A stretch of DNA of 64,000 bases from positions 224,001 to 288,000 of the forward strand of contig JBQTHB010000002.1 of NCBI GenBank assembly GCA_052390235.1. The letters run 5' to 3'. A program made the position numbers and the translations under genes. The notes under the pieces were generated by a model that was given only the letters and a program-made list of their open reading frames with translations, had not been told where the DNA came from and did no database searches. Positions 61,655-64,000 of the stretch are shown in pieces (position 1 is the stretch's first letter; each line of letters begins with the position of its first letter). The stretch is from Deltaproteobacteria bacterium. Its GTDB lineage: Bacteria; Desulfobacterota_D; UBA1144; Nemesobacterales; CSP1-2.

Positions 61655-62765
61655 AACAGGCCTTGAGAAATAATAAATCTCTAATGTAGTGAGCTTTGTC
61701 CGATAGCGAAGTTAGAGGGATGCTATCCTCCGTCCACAGAGGAATTATTTTATCCAGCGCGGTGTCAATAGATTTTATAAGCTCGTCGTAGGAGTCGAAG
61801 ATAAAATTAACCCCCGACAGAGCGCATTTCTCGTTGAGCAGCTTGACATTTGAGTGTTGAGTAAAACACATAACCTCAAGCTCAAGGCTCGCAGTAGCAT
61901 AAGAAATCCATAAATCGTCCCAGTTCTCTATCCTATCAACAATCTTTGAAACTGATTTTAATACCTCATTGTCATTCCCGCCTGTCCACTCAAACAACGA
62001 CCCGACTATTTCATCCGTTCCATAAGCCATTTTCAGGTAGATGTTCTCTCTTATCTTAATTCCATTACTCATTTCGGCAAAGAACTCGTCCCTACTCACC
62101 TCAGTAAAATCCTTGAGCGAGGAGTACATTTTCTCGATAGTGGAGCGCTTTTGCTGAGAGTCCCGCGCGTCCCATATACAAACCAAATACAGTATTTCAC
62201 TCCGAGGGGTTTTATTAATCCTCAGAAGCCCCCTTAACATATCCACCAAAGAACCCTTAGCCGTAGTTCCGCCCGTGTCGTCTCTTGAGCGTAGTTGGAC
62301 AATAATCGCCTTGTTATCGGACGAATTTACCCCCATTACGTCAACATCCAAATTTGGCGCTTTGGCGTTGAACATCTCGGTTAGAATAGATCGAACGTCG
62401 GAGATTTTACTCGGAACTATATCGCAATTGCCATGTTTGCAAATAATAGTTCTCAACATCTCTTCAAGAACCTTGCCCTGTCTCGCTCTGTATGAGCTAT
62501 GGAAGTATTGGTGAAATGAAAACATATAGGGGTAGTACAAAGCAAGAGAATATGATGTACCCAGATTCCGCGCTCTTGTTATGCCGGCTACAAATCTTTT
62601 TATATCATCTAGCGAATCCCTTAGAGAACCTAAATTCTCATCGAATAGATGCTTAATAATATCCGACGCAAGCCCCATAGGGCTTTTTAGAATGTTCTTT
62701 ACGAGACGGTTCTCTTCGGTATCGTCAATCAAGTGCAGAAATATTCTCTCTTGATACATTTCCAC
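61635..62765 (-). CDS. Putative type II restriction endonuclease
   Basis: Overlaps the MTase start by 20 nt; GKVLEE...DVD...QLRS resembles a PD-(D/E)xK core; AT-richer. Confidence 0.65.
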   Translation of the reverse strand: MEMYQERIFLHLIDDTEENRLVKNILKSPMGLASDIIKHLFDENLGSLRDSLDDIKRFVAGITRARNLGTSYSLALYYPYMFSFHQYFHSSYRARQGKVLEEMLRTIICKHGNCDIVPSKISDVRSILTEMFNAKAPNLDVDVMGVNSSDNKAIIVQLRSRDDTGGTTAKGSLVDMLRGLLRINKTPRSEILYLVCIWDARDSQQKRSTIEKMYSSLKDFTEVSRDEFFAEMSNGIKIRENIYLKMAYGTDEIVGSLFEWTGGNDNEVLKSVSKIVDRIENWDDLWISYATASLELEVMCFTQHSNVKLLNEKCALSGVNFIFDSYDELIKSIDTALDKIIPLWTEDSIPLTSLSDKAHYIRDLLFLKACYEKLSN

Positions 62766-62794
62766 ATCACCGGACAGTAGCTTTTATTTGAACC

Positions 62795-62859
62795 CTACAT
62801 TAAACATGGGTTAGATGCAATTGCTCCCCTTGGTTCTTGCCATATCCCCGCTGAATTAT
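62795..62859 (+). repeat. 65-bp direct repeat, copy A
   Basis: 61/65 identical to 63680-63744 by manual alignment. Confidence 0.92.
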
Positions 62860-62895
62860 TGAATCCTCGCTGGTTCAGTTCATCTCACAGAGGTT

Positions 62896-62977
62896 TGTTA
62901 TGCTAGGCACATTCGCTGTAGTTTACGCGGCGCCGCGTCGAAGCGCTCGGTGTAAACCAAACCCTGCAGCATAACAA
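62896..62977 (-). repeat. Variant of the palindromic repeat family in inverted orientation
   Basis: TTGTTATGCT/AGCATAACAA arms; minus strand GAGCGCTTCGAC...TAAACTAC matches the module near 45717-45748. Confidence 0.7.
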
Positions 62978-63005
62978 TAGGGGCTTGAGATAGCTTCAAA
63001 TAATT

Positions 63006-63302
63006 CTAAGCAGGCGTTCCCTCCCATTGTCGGGCGCGTTTCTGCCAAGCCTCGGCGTACTTGTGCCAGCTGTGCAATGTCTCCGGGTCAAAATCTGCTC
63101 CATTTGGCCAAACCAGCGTTTGCACTTCGGCGTCAATCCGCACTTGATTAAATAGGGACAAATCCCTCAATGGTTTGTATAGCTCTCCTGCCAGAATGGG
63201 CTGAAAATCTATGGTCTGCGTCGTATTGTCGTCGAATAGAATTTTTAATGTGTACGGCGCAACAATTTCAAACGATTGAACGCGGAAGATTTGGTGCGGC
63301 AT
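63006..63302 (-). CDS. DUF2442 domain protein (putative antitoxin)
   Basis: LKILFDD...LYKPLRD..LFNQV...TLVWPNGADFDPETL. Confidence 0.9.
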   Translation of the reverse strand: MPHQIFRVQSFEIVAPYTLKILFDDNTTQTIDFQPILAGELYKPLRDLSLFNQVRIDAEVQTLVWPNGADFDPETLHSWHKYAEAWQKRARQWEGTPA

Positions 63303-63317
63303 TTCCCCCCCCTTTTT

Positions 63318-63575
63318 TTATCTGAGAGGCGAAATTGGTAGAGGCGGCTCGCCAGCTTGCAGCCTTTGCCAAGCGTATAATAACTCTGTTTGACGCAGCT
63401 AAGCCCACGCTTCAACCAATCGGCGCTGACGTTTCGACAGTGTTCCCGATAACAAATCCACTGGCTCAACGCCAAAAACCGCTGCCTCATTTTGGTAGTA
63501 AGCATGGAAGTGAGGCGCGTCTAACTCGGCATACATACGGATAATTATCCCGAAAAAACGGCTGATTTCCGACAT
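63318..63575 (-). pseudogene. DUF4160 domain gene with in-frame TAG at codon 59
   Basis: MSEISRFFGIIIRMY..PHFHAYY...RLVEAWA*LRQTELL..W..L...PISPLR; absent from the ORF track in this frame. Confidence 0.88.
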
Positions 63576-63679
63576 ACGTTTGTTTTACTCAAAGCCACGA
63601 CTAAGTAATAAGTTTTTTTTGCTTAATGGAGTACAGAACTGTCAATTCTTCGGAAATCCTATTGCACTGTTTGCTAGCT

Positions 63680-63744
63680 CTACATTAAACCTAGGTTAGA
63701 TGCAATTGCTCCCTCTGGTTCTTGCCATATCCCCGCTGAATTAT
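63680..63744 (+). repeat. 65-bp direct repeat, copy B (overlaps the alr promoter)
   Basis: Matches 62795-62859; contains TTGCCA -35 and runs into TATAAT at 63744-63749. Confidence 0.92.
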
Positions 63745-63759
63745 ATAATTACCCCCGCG

Positions 63760-64000
63760 ATGAGACCCACCTGGGCTGAGATAGACATATCCGCCTTAAA
63801 ATCCAATTTCCGCCGCGTTAGGGAGCGCGCGGGCAGAGGGGTTTGTGTGCTTTGCGTAGTCAAGGCGGATGCCTACGGGCACGGCGCTGTGCAGGTTGCA
63901 AAAGCCCTTGTCCGCGAAGGGGCCGATATGCTCGGCGTGGCGACAATCGCCGAGGCGCTGGAACTCAGAGATTCAGGCATTAGCTCTCCGCTCGTTCTGC
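63760..64000 (+). CDS. alr: Alanine racemase (3'-truncated by window edge)
   Basis: MRPTWAEID...VVKADAYGHGA...GVATIAEALELR translated manually. Confidence 0.95.
   Translation, partial: MRPTWAEIDISALKSNFRRVRERAGRGVCVLCVVKADAYGHGAVQVAKALVREGADMLGVATIAEALELRDSGISSPLVL

Noticed and set aside
62896..62977. Integron attC site downstream of DUF2442
   Set aside because: Arms run GTT...AAC rather than RYYYAAC...GTTRRRY, the interior matches module C of the local repeat family, and no integrase is present.
63399..63401. Amber recoding (pyrrolysine or alternative code)
   Set aside because: Many genes here end normally at TAG (hisB, recG, aroA, htpX, rpsA); no pyl genes or suppressor tRNA in the window.
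63245..63505. 86-aa ORF-track product overlapping DUF2442
   Set aside because: Wrong frame of the DUF4160 pseudogene.
58661..63760. tRNA-Arg-anchored genomic island with attL/attR
   Set aside because: No duplicated tRNA 3' end seen downstream, no integrase, and the VWA gene has host-like composition.

Overview
Chromosomal window of a Gram-negative bacterium (mid-50s % GC by eye; gene content and order look deltaproteobacterial-like, possibly Ca. Dadabacteria, which is inference only). Mostly housekeeping genes (pckA, degP-like, priA, hisBH, queF, a TolC/TetR/MFP/RND efflux locus, fumC, hemW, mnmA-mtaB, recG, htpX, aroA-cmk-ispH-rpsA-sppA-HIT-lapA-lipA, alr) and five tRNAs. Modular GTCAT...ATGAC palindromic repeats occupy several intergenic spaces, and an AT-richer patch (type II R-M pair plus DUF4160/DUF2442 pair) precedes alr. 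Main observations: (1) near-absolute avoidance of RTCGAY and strong GATC depletion, suggesting restriction specificities, one of which I do not recognise; (2) a PEP-CTERM gene bracketed by ~150-bp direct repeats, with a G15 tract in its -35/-10 spacer (candidate phase variation); (3) a G_GGT_TTA slippery heptamer directly before the ispH stop whose -1 frame reads into rpsA; (4) a 65-bp promoter duplication flanking the DUF4160/DUF2442 module, whose DUF4160 gene has an internal amber; (5) many apparently leaderless genes; (6) a doubly disrupted yjbQ. All counts and alignments were done by eye.
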